Assembly: GCA_947623935.1 (NCBI GenBank) | Contig: CANQIE010000001.1 | Location: forward strand, 4,169 to 68,168 | DNA: 64,000 bases | Origin: an uncultured Bacilli bacterium | GTDB lineage: Bacteria > Bacillota_I > Bacilli_A > RF39 > UBA660 | Direction: 5' to 3' | Shown: one piece after another, positions 49,413 through 59,288 of the stretch | Numbering within the stretch: position 1 is the stretch's first letter | How the letters are laid out: each line of letters starts with the position of its first letter | Notes under the pieces: model-generated | The model's database searches: none | Told to the model about the DNA's origin: nothing | Seen by the model: only the letters and a program-made list of their open reading frames with translations | Made by a program: the position numbers and the translations under genes

Positions 49413-50028
49413 GAAAATATTTACAGGAAAAACCAAAGAAGAAGCAATTAATCAAGCTTTAATTGAATTACAAGAGGAAGAAGAAAATATCTATGTCAAA
49501 GAATTAGAATCGACTAAAGGCGGATTATTCAAATCACCTAAAGTTGAAATCGAAGTTTTTACTAAAGACGATGTTATCGAATTTATCAAAGAATATTTAC
49601 AAAAATTAGTTCATGATATGGGAATTGGTATCAATATCGAAATTAAGAAAAGAGAAAGAAATATTAATATTACGATTCTATCAGATAACAATGCTCTATT
49701 AATTGGTAAAAATGGACGAACCATGGATGCTTTAAATGTTATTTTGAGACAAGCTATCAATGCGAAATTTGGAATCTATTTTAACTTTGTCCTAGATGTA
49801 GGAGAATATAAAGAAAAACAACATCAAAATCTAGAACGCATGGCAAAACAAATAGCAAGAGAAGTAGCAAGAACCAAAGTTCCTGCAAAACTCGATCCAA
49901 TGAATTCTTATGAGAGAAGAATTGTACATAGTGCTTTAACAGAGAACAAAAGAGTTTATACCGAAAGTGAAGGAACGGAACCTAATCGTTATGTTGTTAT
50001 TAAACCAAAAGAGGAAGAAGAAAAATAA
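49405..50028 (+). CDS. jag: Jag/KhpB RNA-binding protein (Jag_N, KH, R3H)
   Basis: YERRIVHSAL R3H motif, synteny yidC-jag. Confidence 0.85.
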   Translation: MDKKIFTGKTKEEAINQALIELQEEEENIYVKELESTKGGLFKSPKVEIEVFTKDDVIEFIKEYLQKLVHDMGIGINIEIKKRERNINITILSDNNALLIGKNGRTMDALNVILRQAINAKFGIYFNFVLDVGEYKEKQHQNLERMAKQIAREVARTKVPAKLDPMNSYERRIVHSALTENKRVYTESEGTEPNRYVVIKPKEEEEK

Positions 50029-50097
50029 TCTTCTTTTTTTATTTTCTGTTTTGTGCTATAATCAAAGTCATTACGAAGTATATTAGGAAGTGATTTT

Positions 50098-51453
50098 ATG
50101 AATGATACCATTGTAGCTATTTCTACCGCTTTAGGCGTAGGTGCTATTTCCATTGTAAGAGTAAGTGGAAAAGATGCTATTAAAATAGTAAATAAACAAT
50201 TTAAAGGAAAAAATTTAGAAAAAGTTTCTTCTCATACGATTCACTATGGATATATTGTGGATAAAGAAGAGGTCATTGATGAAGTTTTAGTTTCCATTAT
50301 GAAATCACCCAAGACCTTTACCAAAGAAGATGTCGTTGAAATCAATTGTCATGGTGGAATTACCACTACTAATAAAATATTAGAATTAATGCTTACTAAA
50401 GGATGTCGTCTTGCCGAACCTGGAGAGTTCACAAAAAGAGCTTTTTTAAATGGAAGAATCGATTTAGTGAATGCCGAAGCAGTCATGGATTTAATCAATG
50501 TAAAAACGGAGACAGCTCGAAAAGGTGCCATTCATGCACTGGAAGGACATATTAGTAAATATATCCGTGATTTAAGACAAGAAATATTAGAAATTCTAGC
50601 TTCGATTGAAGTAAATATTGATTATCCTGAATACGAAGATATTGAGATTATGACCAATCAAAAATTAGTGCCAAAAATCAAAAAAGTTAAAGAGTCTTTA
50701 AAGCAAATTATTGAAAAGAGTGAACATAGTCAAATCTTAAAAGAAGGTATTAAAACCGTTATAGTAGGTAGGCCCAATGTTGGAAAAAGTAGTTTGCTTA
50801 ATCATTTAATTAATGAAGATAAAGCTATTGTTACGGATATAGAAGGAACCACAAGAGATATTGTCGAGGGTGAAATAAATCTAGATGGTATTCCTTTATC
50901 ATTAATCGACACGGCAGGAATAAGAACAACCGATAATATTATTGAAAAAATAGGTGTTGATAAAAGTATTCGTTTAATTGAAGAAGCAGATTTAGTTATT
51001 GTTGTTTTAAATAATAATGAACCTTTAACCAAAGAAGATCAAGAAATTTTAGATAAAGTCAAAAACAAAACTGTTATTGTGGCTGTTAATAAAATTGATT
51101 TAGAAAATAAAGTAGATATGAAAAAATTAGAAGACTACCAATTAATTCAAATGAGTGTATCCGAAAACAACGGAATTGAAGAATTAAAAAATAAAATAAA
51201 AGAGCTATTTCATCTATCAAAAATTACGCAAGGAGATTATAATTATTTATCGAATGTACGACAAATTGCTCTTGCAAAAGAATCTTTGTCTATATTAGAT
51301 GAAGTAGAACAGGGAATTGCTGATGAAATGCCTATTGATATGGTTGAAATTGATTTAAAAAGAGCCTGGGATAAATTAGGAGAAATTATAGGGGAAACCT
51401 ATACTGAAGAATTACTAGATCAACTCTTTAGTCAGTTCTGTTTAGGTAAGTAA
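50098..51453 (+). CDS. mnmE: tRNA modification GTPase MnmE
   Basis: G-domain GRPNVGKSSLLN, DTAG, NKID; C-terminal CLGK. Confidence 0.95.
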   Translation: MNDTIVAISTALGVGAISIVRVSGKDAIKIVNKQFKGKNLEKVSSHTIHYGYIVDKEEVIDEVLVSIMKSPKTFTKEDVVEINCHGGITTTNKILELMLTKGCRLAEPGEFTKRAFLNGRIDLVNAEAVMDLINVKTETARKGAIHALEGHISKYIRDLRQEILEILASIEVNIDYPEYEDIEIMTNQKLVPKIKKVKESLKQIIEKSEHSQILKEGIKTVIVGRPNVGKSSLLNHLINEDKAIVTDIEGTTRDIVEGEINLDGIPLSLIDTAGIRTTDNIIEKIGVDKSIRLIEEADLVIVVLNNNEPLTKEDQEILDKVKNKTVIVAVNKIDLENKVDMKKLEDYQLIQMSVSENNGIEELKNKIKELFHLSKITQGDYNYLSNVRQIALAKESLSILDEVEQGIADEMPIDMVEIDLKRAWDKLGEIIGETYTEELLDQLFSQFCLGK

Positions 51454-51456
51454 ATT

Positions 51457-51470
51457 ATTTCCCGGGAAAT
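51457..51470. promoter_or_regulatory. Noc-binding site palindrome ATTTCCCGGGAAAT between mnmE and mnmG
   Basis: exact NBS 14-mer embedded in a 24-nt perfect palindrome AAATTATTTCCCGGGAAATAATTT. Confidence 0.6.
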
Positions 51471-51502
51471 AATTTTAGTGCAAAAAAAAGGAAGTGAAAA
51501 CG

Positions 51503-53356
51503 ATGCAATACGATATTATAGTAGTAGGTGGAGGACATGCTGGATGTGAAGCTTCTTTAGCTTCTGCTAGATTAGGTAATAAAACTTTATTAGTTACTGG
51601 AAATATTAAAAATATAGCCGATATGCCTTGTAATCCTTCAATTGGAGGACCTGCTAAAGGAATTATTGTTCGTGAAATTGATGCTTTAGGGGGAGAAATG
51701 GCGAATAACATCGACCATAGTTCACTTCAAATGAAAATGCTCAACACGAAAAAAGGTCCTGCTGTTCAAGCATTGCGTGCTCAAGGAGATAAAATCACGT
51801 ATCCGAAAGCTATGTTAGAAACTTTAAAAAGTACTAAAAATTTAGAAATAGAGGAATCCCTCGTAGAACATCTAAAAGTAGAAAATCAAAAAATAAAGGG
51901 TGTTATTCTAGAAGATGGAGAATTTATTGAAAGTAAAGCCGTTATTCTAACAACTGGTACTTATTTAAAAGGTATGATTTTAGTTGGAAGTAAAAAGACG
52001 CCAAGTGGTCCTCATGGAGAACGTGATGTTAAATTTTTAAGTGATGATTTAAGAAATTTAGGATTTACTATTCAACGTTTAAAAACGGGAACTCCACCAA
52101 GATTAGAGAAAGATAGTATTGATTTTTCGAAAACACAATTAGAGCCTGGAGACGATACAACATATGCTTTTTCTTTTGATAATGAACCTATGTATCAAAA
52201 AGAAGATCAGGTGCCTTGTCATTTAGTTTATTCGAATCAAAAGACTCATGAAATTATTCGTGCTCATTTAAAAGAGTCGAGTATGTATGGTGGTTATGTG
52301 GAAGGAATAGGTCCAAGATATTGTCCTTCGATTGAAGATAAAGTTGTTCGCTTTGCAGATAAGGAACGTCATCAATTATTTTTGGAGCCAGAAAGCCTAT
52401 ATTACGACGATATCTACCTACAAGGATTTTCCACCAGTATGCCTCATGAAGTACAAGAAGAAATGGTTCATAGTATTGTAGGTTTAGAGCATGCAAAAAT
52501 TAAAAAATATGCCTATGCCATCGAATACGATGCGATTGATCCAACGCAATTAAAACAATCGCTTGAAACTAAAATTGTAGAAAACTTATTCACAGCAGGT
52601 CAAATCAACGGAACAAGTGGGTATGAAGAAGCAGCAGGTCAAGGTTTAATAGCAGGAATCAATGCTTCCCTAAAACTTCAAGGAAAAGATCCTCTTATTT
52701 TAAAAAGAAATGAAGCTTATATTGGCGTGCTTATTGATGACTTAGTAACGAAAGGAACCAAAGAACCTTATCGAATGCTCACATCAAGAGCAGAATATAG
52801 ACTTTTGTTAAGACATGATAATGCCGATTTAAGATTACGTGAATATGGACATAAAATAGGCCTTATTAATGAAGAAAAATATCAACGTTTCCAAAAGAAA
52901 AAACAACAGATTGAAGAAGTTATTAACTTGTTAAAAGAATATAAGATAACTCCTAAAAAAGAAGTAAATGAGTACTTAGTAAAAGTAGGTTCTACTCCGT
53001 TATTAGATGGAATGTATCTCTATGATTTATTAAAGCGACCTGAGATTACTTGTAAAGAAATAGAACATTTTATTTCTTTAGATTATCCTAAAGAAGTACT
53101 TGATCAAGTAGAGATTCAAATTCGTTATGCAGGCTATATTGAGAAAGCCAATAAAGAAGCAGAAAAAATGCTATCACTTGAGAATATTAAAATACCAGTG
53201 GATATTGATTATAAAAAAATCAAAAACTTAGCTCATGAAGCCTTACAAAAATTAATGGATATTAGACCCACATCCATTGGACAGGCTTCTCGTATTAGTG
53301 GAGTTAATCCAGCTGATATTGCAATTTTAAGTGTTTATTTAAAAAAACAGGGGTGA
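51503..53356 (+). CDS. mnmG: tRNA uridine 5-carboxymethylaminomethyl modification enzyme MnmG
   Basis: FAD-binding VVGGGHAGCEA; start at MQYDIIV after GGAAGTG SD. Confidence 0.95.
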   Translation: MQYDIIVVGGGHAGCEASLASARLGNKTLLVTGNIKNIADMPCNPSIGGPAKGIIVREIDALGGEMANNIDHSSLQMKMLNTKKGPAVQALRAQGDKITYPKAMLETLKSTKNLEIEESLVEHLKVENQKIKGVILEDGEFIESKAVILTTGTYLKGMILVGSKKTPSGPHGERDVKFLSDDLRNLGFTIQRLKTGTPPRLEKDSIDFSKTQLEPGDDTTYAFSFDNEPMYQKEDQVPCHLVYSNQKTHEIIRAHLKESSMYGGYVEGIGPRYCPSIEDKVVRFADKERHQLFLEPESLYYDDIYLQGFSTSMPHEVQEEMVHSIVGLEHAKIKKYAYAIEYDAIDPTQLKQSLETKIVENLFTAGQINGTSGYEEAAGQGLIAGINASLKLQGKDPLILKRNEAYIGVLIDDLVTKGTKEPYRMLTSRAEYRLLLRHDNADLRLREYGHKIGLINEEKYQRFQKKKQQIEEVINLLKEYKITPKKEVNEYLVKVGSTPLLDGMYLYDLLKRPEITCKEIEHFISLDYPKEVLDQVEIQIRYAGYIEKANKEAEKMLSLENIKIPVDIDYKKIKNLAHEALQKLMDIRPTSIGQASRISGVNPADIAILSVYLKKQG

Positions 53357-53360
53357 TACT

Positions 53361-54065
53361 TTGAACTTACAAGAATTTATAGAAGAAGTACATCTACTTG
53401 GAGTTGAATTAAACGAAAAACAATTACAACAATTAGAAGAGTACTATGAACTTTTAATTATCTGGAATGAAAAAATAAATCTAACTCGAATTACAAAAAA
53501 AGAGGACGTCTATTTAAAACACTTTTACGATAGTCTAACTTTAGTTAAAGCCATTAATTTAACTAAAATACATAATCTATGTGATATTGGTACAGGAGCA
53601 GGCTTTCCAGGAATTGTTTTAAAAATTGTTTTTCCAAATTTAAAAGTGACTTTAATTGATGCTTTAAATAAACGAATTATATTTTTAAATGAAGTGATTC
53701 AAAAATTAGGACTTAAAGAAATTGAAGCTATTCATAAAAGAGGAGAAGATTTTGCAAGAAACACCCGTGAATCTTACGACATTGTAACAGCAAGAGCTGT
53801 CAAAGAACTACGTATTATTATGGAAATAGGTGTTCCTTTAGTTAAAGAACAAGGTTACTTTATTCCTATGAAAGCTAATGTCGAAGAAGAAATAACATTA
53901 GCAAAGGGTGCTTTTGAAAAATTAGATTGTACCTTAGAAGAAAAAATAACGTTTACTTTACCAAAAGAAGAAAGTATTCGAACGTTATTAAAAATAAAGA
54001 AAGAAAAAAAGACTTCTATGAAATATCCTAGAAGCATAGATAAAATCGAAAAAATAGCATTGTAA
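53361..54065 (+). CDS. rsmG: 16S rRNA (guanine527-N7)-methyltransferase
   Basis: DIGTGAGFPGI SAM motif; TTG start. Confidence 0.9.
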   Translation: MNLQEFIEEVHLLGVELNEKQLQQLEEYYELLIIWNEKINLTRITKKEDVYLKHFYDSLTLVKAINLTKIHNLCDIGTGAGFPGIVLKIVFPNLKVTLIDALNKRIIFLNEVIQKLGLKEIEAIHKRGEDFARNTRESYDIVTARAVKELRIIMEIGVPLVKEQGYFIPMKANVEEEITLAKGAFEKLDCTLEEKITFTLPKEESIRTLLKIKKEKKTSMKYPRSIDKIEKIAL

Positions 54066-54133
54066 AAAACAAAAAAATCAAGTATAATGATACCATAGGA
54101 AAAATAAAAAGAATAAAAAGTGAGGTAATAATT

Positions 54134-55378
54134 ATGGATATGGAGAAAGAAATTGTCGATTTATTAGTGGATGATATTATCCCAAACCGCTTTCAACCTC
54201 GTGAAGTTTTTGATGAAAAAGCTTTACAAGAATTAGCCGCATCCATAAAAGAACATGGCGTTATTCAACCGATTATTGTTCGTAAAATCAACGATAAGTA
54301 CGAGATTATTGCAGGGGAGCGAAGATATAAAGCTTCCATCATGGCAGGTCTTAATAAGATTCCCGCAATCATACGTAATTTAGATGATAAAGAAAGTTCT
54401 AAAGTAGCTTTACTTGAAAACTTACAGAGAAAAGATTTAAGTGCGATTGAAGAAGCAAGAACCTATCAAAAAATTCTAGACTTAGATAACATGACGCAAG
54501 AAGAATTAGGTAAAACAATGGGTAAGAGTCAAGCGGCCGTTGCTAATAAATTACGTTTACTTGCTTTACCGGATGAAGTTCAAGAAGCTTTATTAAATAA
54601 TAAAATTTCTGAACGCCATGCAAGAAGTTTATTAAATGTAAGTGATAAAGAAAAGCAAATTGAATTATTAAATAAAATTATTGAGAATAAAATGACCGTT
54701 CGTGATTTAGAAAACGAAATTAAAGCACTTAATGGAGATCATCATGAACCAACGCTCATTATTGAAGAACCTCCTCAGGCCAAAGAATCAAATATTTTCT
54801 CTTCTCTTTCAAATATGAATCCTGAACCAATTAAAGAAAATAATTCGGATCTGTTAGTAACATCAAATGTACAAAATGATACATCTTCCAACTTCCGATT
54901 TATTCCTACCTTTGATGAAGAAGAAACTAAAGCTGACCCAGAAAAAGAAAATTCATCCGCTAATTTTGATTTCTTGGCTAATACAACTATTCAATCAAGT
55001 GAAAATGATTCTACTGAAGGAGAAACTACTTCTAGTGTTACTCCGCCACTACCAAAAAAGGATGATATCGAAAGTCTAGAAGAAGAACCTAAAAATCCTG
55101 AACCTTATCAACCGTTTACCAATACAGCAAACTTAATTAACGAATTTCACATGAAAAATGAAAGTAAAGATACGGAACCACTTTCATCATCTATTCAAAC
55201 ACCTATCTCATTTGAAGTAGAAACACCAGTAAATGAAATTCCAAATTTAAGAACTGCTATCAATACGATTCGTGATTTAGCTAAAAAGTTAGAAGATAAC
55301 GGATTTGTGGTTAATCTAGATGAAATGGATTTTGAAAACAAATATCAAATTAATATCAGTATTGATAAAAATAAATAA
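54134..55378 (+). CDS. noc: Noc-like ParB-family protein with long low-complexity C-terminal extension
   Basis: ParB N-domain IPNRFQPR, HTH with Q/K/R at specificity positions (GKSQAAVANKLRLL...ERHAR) versus R/M/S in the adjacent Spo0J; 414 aa versus about 283 for Noc. Confidence 0.7.
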   Translation: MDMEKEIVDLLVDDIIPNRFQPREVFDEKALQELAASIKEHGVIQPIIVRKINDKYEIIAGERRYKASIMAGLNKIPAIIRNLDDKESSKVALLENLQRKDLSAIEEARTYQKILDLDNMTQEELGKTMGKSQAAVANKLRLLALPDEVQEALLNNKISERHARSLLNVSDKEKQIELLNKIIENKMTVRDLENEIKALNGDHHEPTLIIEEPPQAKESNIFSSLSNMNPEPIKENNSDLLVTSNVQNDTSSNFRFIPTFDEEETKADPEKENSSANFDFLANTTIQSSENDSTEGETTSSVTPPLPKKDDIESLEEEPKNPEPYQPFTNTANLINEFHMKNESKDTEPLSSSIQTPISFEVETPVNEIPNLRTAINTIRDLAKKLEDNGFVVNLDEMDFENKYQINISIDKNK

Positions 55379-55494
55379 GAGATTCTTGCGAATCTTTTTT
55401 TTTAAAATAAAATCAAAAAAAGGAGGGAAAAGCATTTCCTAAAATGACAAATTTTGATACAATAGAGATACGTAAAAAGAAAAGGTGATCATAG

Positions 55495-56283
55495 ATGGGA
55501 AAGATAATAGCATTAGTTAATCAAAAAGGTGGAGTAGGAAAAACGACAACAAGTATTAATCTTTCTGCATCGCTTGCCTTATTAGGTAAAAAAGTTTTAA
55601 TGATCGATTTAGATCCCCAAGGAAATGCTACTACAGGAGTAGGAATAAACAAAGGAGAGATTACTAAAAGTGTTTACGATGTTCTTACGCAAAAATGTCC
55701 CATTCAAGAAGCTATTAAGAAAACCAAATATAAAAATTTATCAATTTTGCCTGCTACTATAAATTTAGCGGGAGTCGATATTGAATTATTAGAAAAAAGC
55801 AAAGAAGAACCTGGTTTTGCTAAAGGAATGCCTTTGAAAAATGCACTTCAACCGGTTATCGATGAATATAATTATATTATTATTGATTGTCCCCCTTCGT
55901 TAGGACTCATTACAACGAATGCTTTGACTGCTGCGAATTCTGTTATTATTCCGGTACAATGTGAATTCTTTGCCCTAGAAGGAATTACTCAATTATTAAA
56001 AACCATTATGTTAGCACAAAAAAACTTAAATCCTAACTTAAATATCGAGGGAGTTCTATTAACGATGTTAGATTCTAGAACAAATCTAGGAATCGAAGTA
56101 GTGGAAGAAATAAGAAAATACTTTAAAGAACGTGTTTACAATACCATTATTCCAAGATTGGTTCGCTTAACGGAAGCTCCATCGCATGGAAAACCTATTA
56201 TTGCTTATGATCCAAAGAGTAGAGGATCAGAAGCTTATCTCAATTTAGCAAAGGAAGTGATTGAACGAAATGGAAACATCTAA
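55495..56283 (+). CDS. soj: chromosome partitioning ATPase ParA/Soj
   Basis: deviant Walker A NQKGGVGKTT. Confidence 0.95.
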   Translation: MGKIIALVNQKGGVGKTTTSINLSASLALLGKKVLMIDLDPQGNATTGVGINKGEITKSVYDVLTQKCPIQEAIKKTKYKNLSILPATINLAGVDIELLEKSKEEPGFAKGMPLKNALQPVIDEYNYIIIDCPPSLGLITTNALTAANSVIIPVQCEFFALEGITQLLKTIMLAQKNLNPNLNIEGVLLTMLDSRTNLGIEVVEEIRKYFKERVYNTIIPRLVRLTEAPSHGKPIIAYDPKSRGSEAYLNLAKEVIERNGNI

Positions 56284-57157
56284 AAGACGCGCCTTAGGAA
56301 GAGGCCTTGAAGAATTATTTAATAATGAACCGATTGATTATAATCAAATCGAAGAGCGTATTATTACTTCAACTCCTAAAGATGAAATTGTCGAAATCAA
56401 ATTAAGTGAATTAAGAAGTAATCCTTATCAGCCAAGAAAAGTTTTTGATGAAAAGGCACTTCAAGAGTTAGCCGCATCCATAAAAGAACATGGCGTATTT
56501 CAACCGATTATTGCTAAGAAAAGTATTAAAGGATATGAAATCATTGCAGGAGAGCGAAGAGTAAAAGCGTCTCGCCTTGCGGGAAAAGAAACCATTCCCG
56601 CCATTATTCGTGATTTTACCGATGAAGAAATGATGGAGATTGCCCTTCTTGAAAACCTTCAAAGAGAAAACTTAAATGCCATGGAAGAAGCAACGGCTTA
56701 TCGTAAACTATTACAAGAGTTAAATATTACTCAAGACGAACTAGCTTCCCGTATTGGAAAAAGTAGAAGTCATATTACCAATATGCTAGGTTTATTAACT
56801 CTTCCAGAAGAAGTTAAAAACATGCTTTTAGAAGATAAAATTTCGATGAGTCACGCCAGAGTATTAAGTAAAATCGAAGATAGTGAAAAAGTAATTAGTC
56901 TTGCAAATCGTGTTTATAACGAAGGATTAAATGTTCGTATCTTAGAAGATTTAGCTTCTTCCAATGAATTAAAAAAGAAAAATAAAATCGTAAGACATCA
57001 TGTTCGTGAAAACGAATACCATTATTTAGAAGAACAATTAACCGAAAAATTAGGAACCAAAGTAAAAATCAAAAACAATCATATGATGATTAGTTTTGCT
57101 AATACCAACGATTTAAATCGTATTTTAGAAATTATGGGTATGACGTACGACGAATAA
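56270..57157 (+). CDS. spo0J: chromosome partitioning protein ParB/Spo0J
   Basis: LGRGL, GERR arginine patch (IIAGERRVKA), HTH GKSRSHITNMLGLL; start ATG overlapping soj by 14 nt. Confidence 0.9.
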   Translation: METSKRRALGRGLEELFNNEPIDYNQIEERIITSTPKDEIVEIKLSELRSNPYQPRKVFDEKALQELAASIKEHGVFQPIIAKKSIKGYEIIAGERRVKASRLAGKETIPAIIRDFTDEEMMEIALLENLQRENLNAMEEATAYRKLLQELNITQDELASRIGKSRSHITNMLGLLTLPEEVKNMLLEDKISMSHARVLSKIEDSEKVISLANRVYNEGLNVRILEDLASSNELKKKNKIVRHHVRENEYHYLEEQLTEKLGTKVKIKNNHMMISFANTNDLNRILEIMGMTYDE

Positions 57158-57173
57158 TTAGAAGGAGGTTCTA

Positions 57174-57362
57174 ATGGAGAACAATAATTATCAATTAGGA
57201 ACCAAAGTAACCATGAAAAAAGTACATCCTTGTGGTAGTAGTGACTGGGAAATTGTCCGTGTCGGGGTCGATATCAAAATCAAATGTCTAGGCTGTGGAA
57301 GAATTGTCTCTATCCCAAGAATTGAATTTAATAAAAAGATAAAGAAGATAATTACTTTATAA
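57174..57362 (+). CDS. DUF951-family small protein
   Basis: 62 aa, HPCGSSDW...CLGCGR pattern conserved downstream of parB in Firmicutes. Confidence 0.55.
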   Translation: MENNNYQLGTKVTMKKVHPCGSSDWEIVRVGVDIKIKCLGCGRIVSIPRIEFNKKIKKIITL

Positions 57363-57376
57363 AGAAGGGGACAAAG

Positions 57377-58990
57377 ATGAAAGAAAAAAAGAAATTAAAA
57401 TTAAAGAAATTTCACTTACATCCAATTACATCCATGATTTTAATGATTTTGTTTGTAGTTGTTTTAAGTGGAATCTTCTCTTTATTAGAAGTACAGGCTA
57501 CATATAGTCGTATTAACACTTCGACTAAACAATTAGAAAGTGTTTTAATAACCGTTAATAACCTATTTAATTATGATGGTTTAAAATATATCATTAGTAA
57601 TGCCGCTAAAAACTTTATTAGTTTTACTCCATTAAGTACTTTATTAATCGCTTTAATTGGTTTAAGTGTTGCGGAATCTTCCGGATTACTTGAAACTTTT
57701 ATTAAAAGACATCTTGTAAAATTAGACAATCGTATTATTACTTTTACGCTTATTTTTCTTGCTACCATTTCAAGTATTATCAATGATGTCGGATACGTTA
57801 TTCTAATTCCATTAGGTGCGATTCTCTTTTTAGCGAACAATCGAAATCCTTTAGCAGGTATTATTGCTGCATTTTCAGGTGCTTCTTTTGGTTATGGCGT
57901 TACCGTTTTTGTAGGATCGAGTGAAGTAAACTTAATTCCTATTACCAGTCAAGCAGCAAGTCTTATCGATTCTTCTTTAATGGAAGGAATCAGTCATATT
58001 AGCCTAACTTCTAACTTATTTATTATTATAGCAACTTCCATTATTTTATCTTTAGTAGGAACCTTAGTTATTGAAAAAATAGTAGTTCCTAAACTAGGTC
58101 GTTATAAAGAGCGTCCAGAAACGGTGGAATCTACAACGGATATTCAAATTGTCGATATCGAAGAAGAAGAACAAAAGAAACTTGAAATCGAATTAAATGA
58201 AAAAAAAGGATTACGTTATGCTGGTATTGCTGCCCTTGTTATATTCTTCATCTTTGTTTATTCTTTGATTCCAGGCCTTCCTTTTTCAGGAATTTTACTA
58301 GATACAGAACAAAGCGCTTATGTAGATCAATTATTTGGAACAAATTCCTACTTCCAAGAAGGTTTTACTTTCTTAGTTTCCCTTTTCTTTTTAGTGGTCG
58401 GTTATGCTTATGGAAAAGGTGCTAAAACATTTAAGAATCAACGTGAAATGTTTGAAAAATCAAAAGAATCTTTAAAAGATGTCGGCAGCATTGTTGTTAT
58501 GATTTTCTTTGCATCTCAATTAATTTCTATTTTCCGTCAAACGAATATAGGAAATATTATTACTGCATGGGGAGCTAATATTATTAGTAATTTATCTTTT
58601 ACAGGAATTCCATTAATTCTATTAACAATTTTAGTAATCGCGGTTGCCAACTTATTTGTAACAACACCCGTGTTAAAGTGGAATATTTTAGCTCCTGTAG
58701 TAGTACCTAGTTTAATGCAATCCAATATTACGCCTCAATTTGCACAATTTATTTTACGTGCCGGAGATTCAATGACCAAAGGATTTACTCCTTTACTAGC
58801 GTACTTTGTCATCTACATTGCTTACTTAAATATCTATAATAAAAAGAAAGATACACCAATTACTATCAAACAATCGATTTCATGGCTTCTTCCTTATGGA
58901 GGAATCATGTGTATTACTTGGATTTTAATTATTCTAGGATGGTATTTAATTGGATTACCACTTGGACCGGGTGTATTCCCAACCGCCTAA
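57377..58990 (+). CDS. AbgT-family transporter (p-aminobenzoyl-glutamate / antimetabolite efflux family)
   Basis: about 12 TM helices; C-terminus LGWYLIGLPLGPGVFP matches AbgT LLAWYLVGLPIGPGIYP. Confidence 0.7.
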   Translation: MKEKKKLKLKKFHLHPITSMILMILFVVVLSGIFSLLEVQATYSRINTSTKQLESVLITVNNLFNYDGLKYIISNAAKNFISFTPLSTLLIALIGLSVAESSGLLETFIKRHLVKLDNRIITFTLIFLATISSIINDVGYVILIPLGAILFLANNRNPLAGIIAAFSGASFGYGVTVFVGSSEVNLIPITSQAASLIDSSLMEGISHISLTSNLFIIIATSIILSLVGTLVIEKIVVPKLGRYKERPETVESTTDIQIVDIEEEEQKKLEIELNEKKGLRYAGIAALVIFFIFVYSLIPGLPFSGILLDTEQSAYVDQLFGTNSYFQEGFTFLVSLFFLVVGYAYGKGAKTFKNQREMFEKSKESLKDVGSIVVMIFFASQLISIFRQTNIGNIITAWGANIISNLSFTGIPLILLTILVIAVANLFVTTPVLKWNILAPVVVPSLMQSNITPQFAQFILRAGDSMTKGFTPLLAYFVIYIAYLNIYNKKKDTPITIKQSISWLLPYGGIMCITWILIILGWYLIGLPLGPGVFPTA

Positions 58991-59004
58991 AAGAGGTTTC
59001 ATAT

Positions 59005-59211
59005 ATGAAAAATTTAAGAATTGCAGCTAATCATGTTGTTACTACCTTAGATTGTTTGGATGATATTGTTTTAGGTTCTTTTACTGCAACGCCTAAAACA
59101 AAAATAGATTTAACAACTCCAGTTACAAATTATTCAAAAAAAATTTTGAAAAGTGTATATCCCACTGAAAAGATTCAAAAAGAATGCGAAAAATATTTAT
59201 TTAAAAGATAA
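59005..59211 (+). CDS. hypothetical small protein
   Basis: 68 aa, AAGAGG SD 8 nt upstream of ATG; ORF-track start at 58882 overlaps abgT and is rejected. Confidence 0.4.
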   Translation: MKNLRIAANHVVTTLDCLDDIVLGSFTATPKTKIDLTTPVTNYSKKILKSVYPTEKIQKECEKYLFKR

Positions 59212-59231
59212 GAGGAAAAACCTCTTTTTTC
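59211..59231 (+). terminator. rho-independent terminator
   Basis: AGAGGAAAAACCTCT hairpin followed by TTTTTT. Confidence 0.55.
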
Positions 59232-59288
59232 TTTCTAAAAGAAAAGGGTTATGCTATAATAACTATTGAAAAAGAAAGAGGTATGTAT

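Noticed and set aside
56995-57012. ATGTTCGTGAAAACG inside spo0J, checked as possible internal parS (as in B. subtilis spo0J)
   Set aside because: lacks the central CACGTG core; does not match the parS consensus
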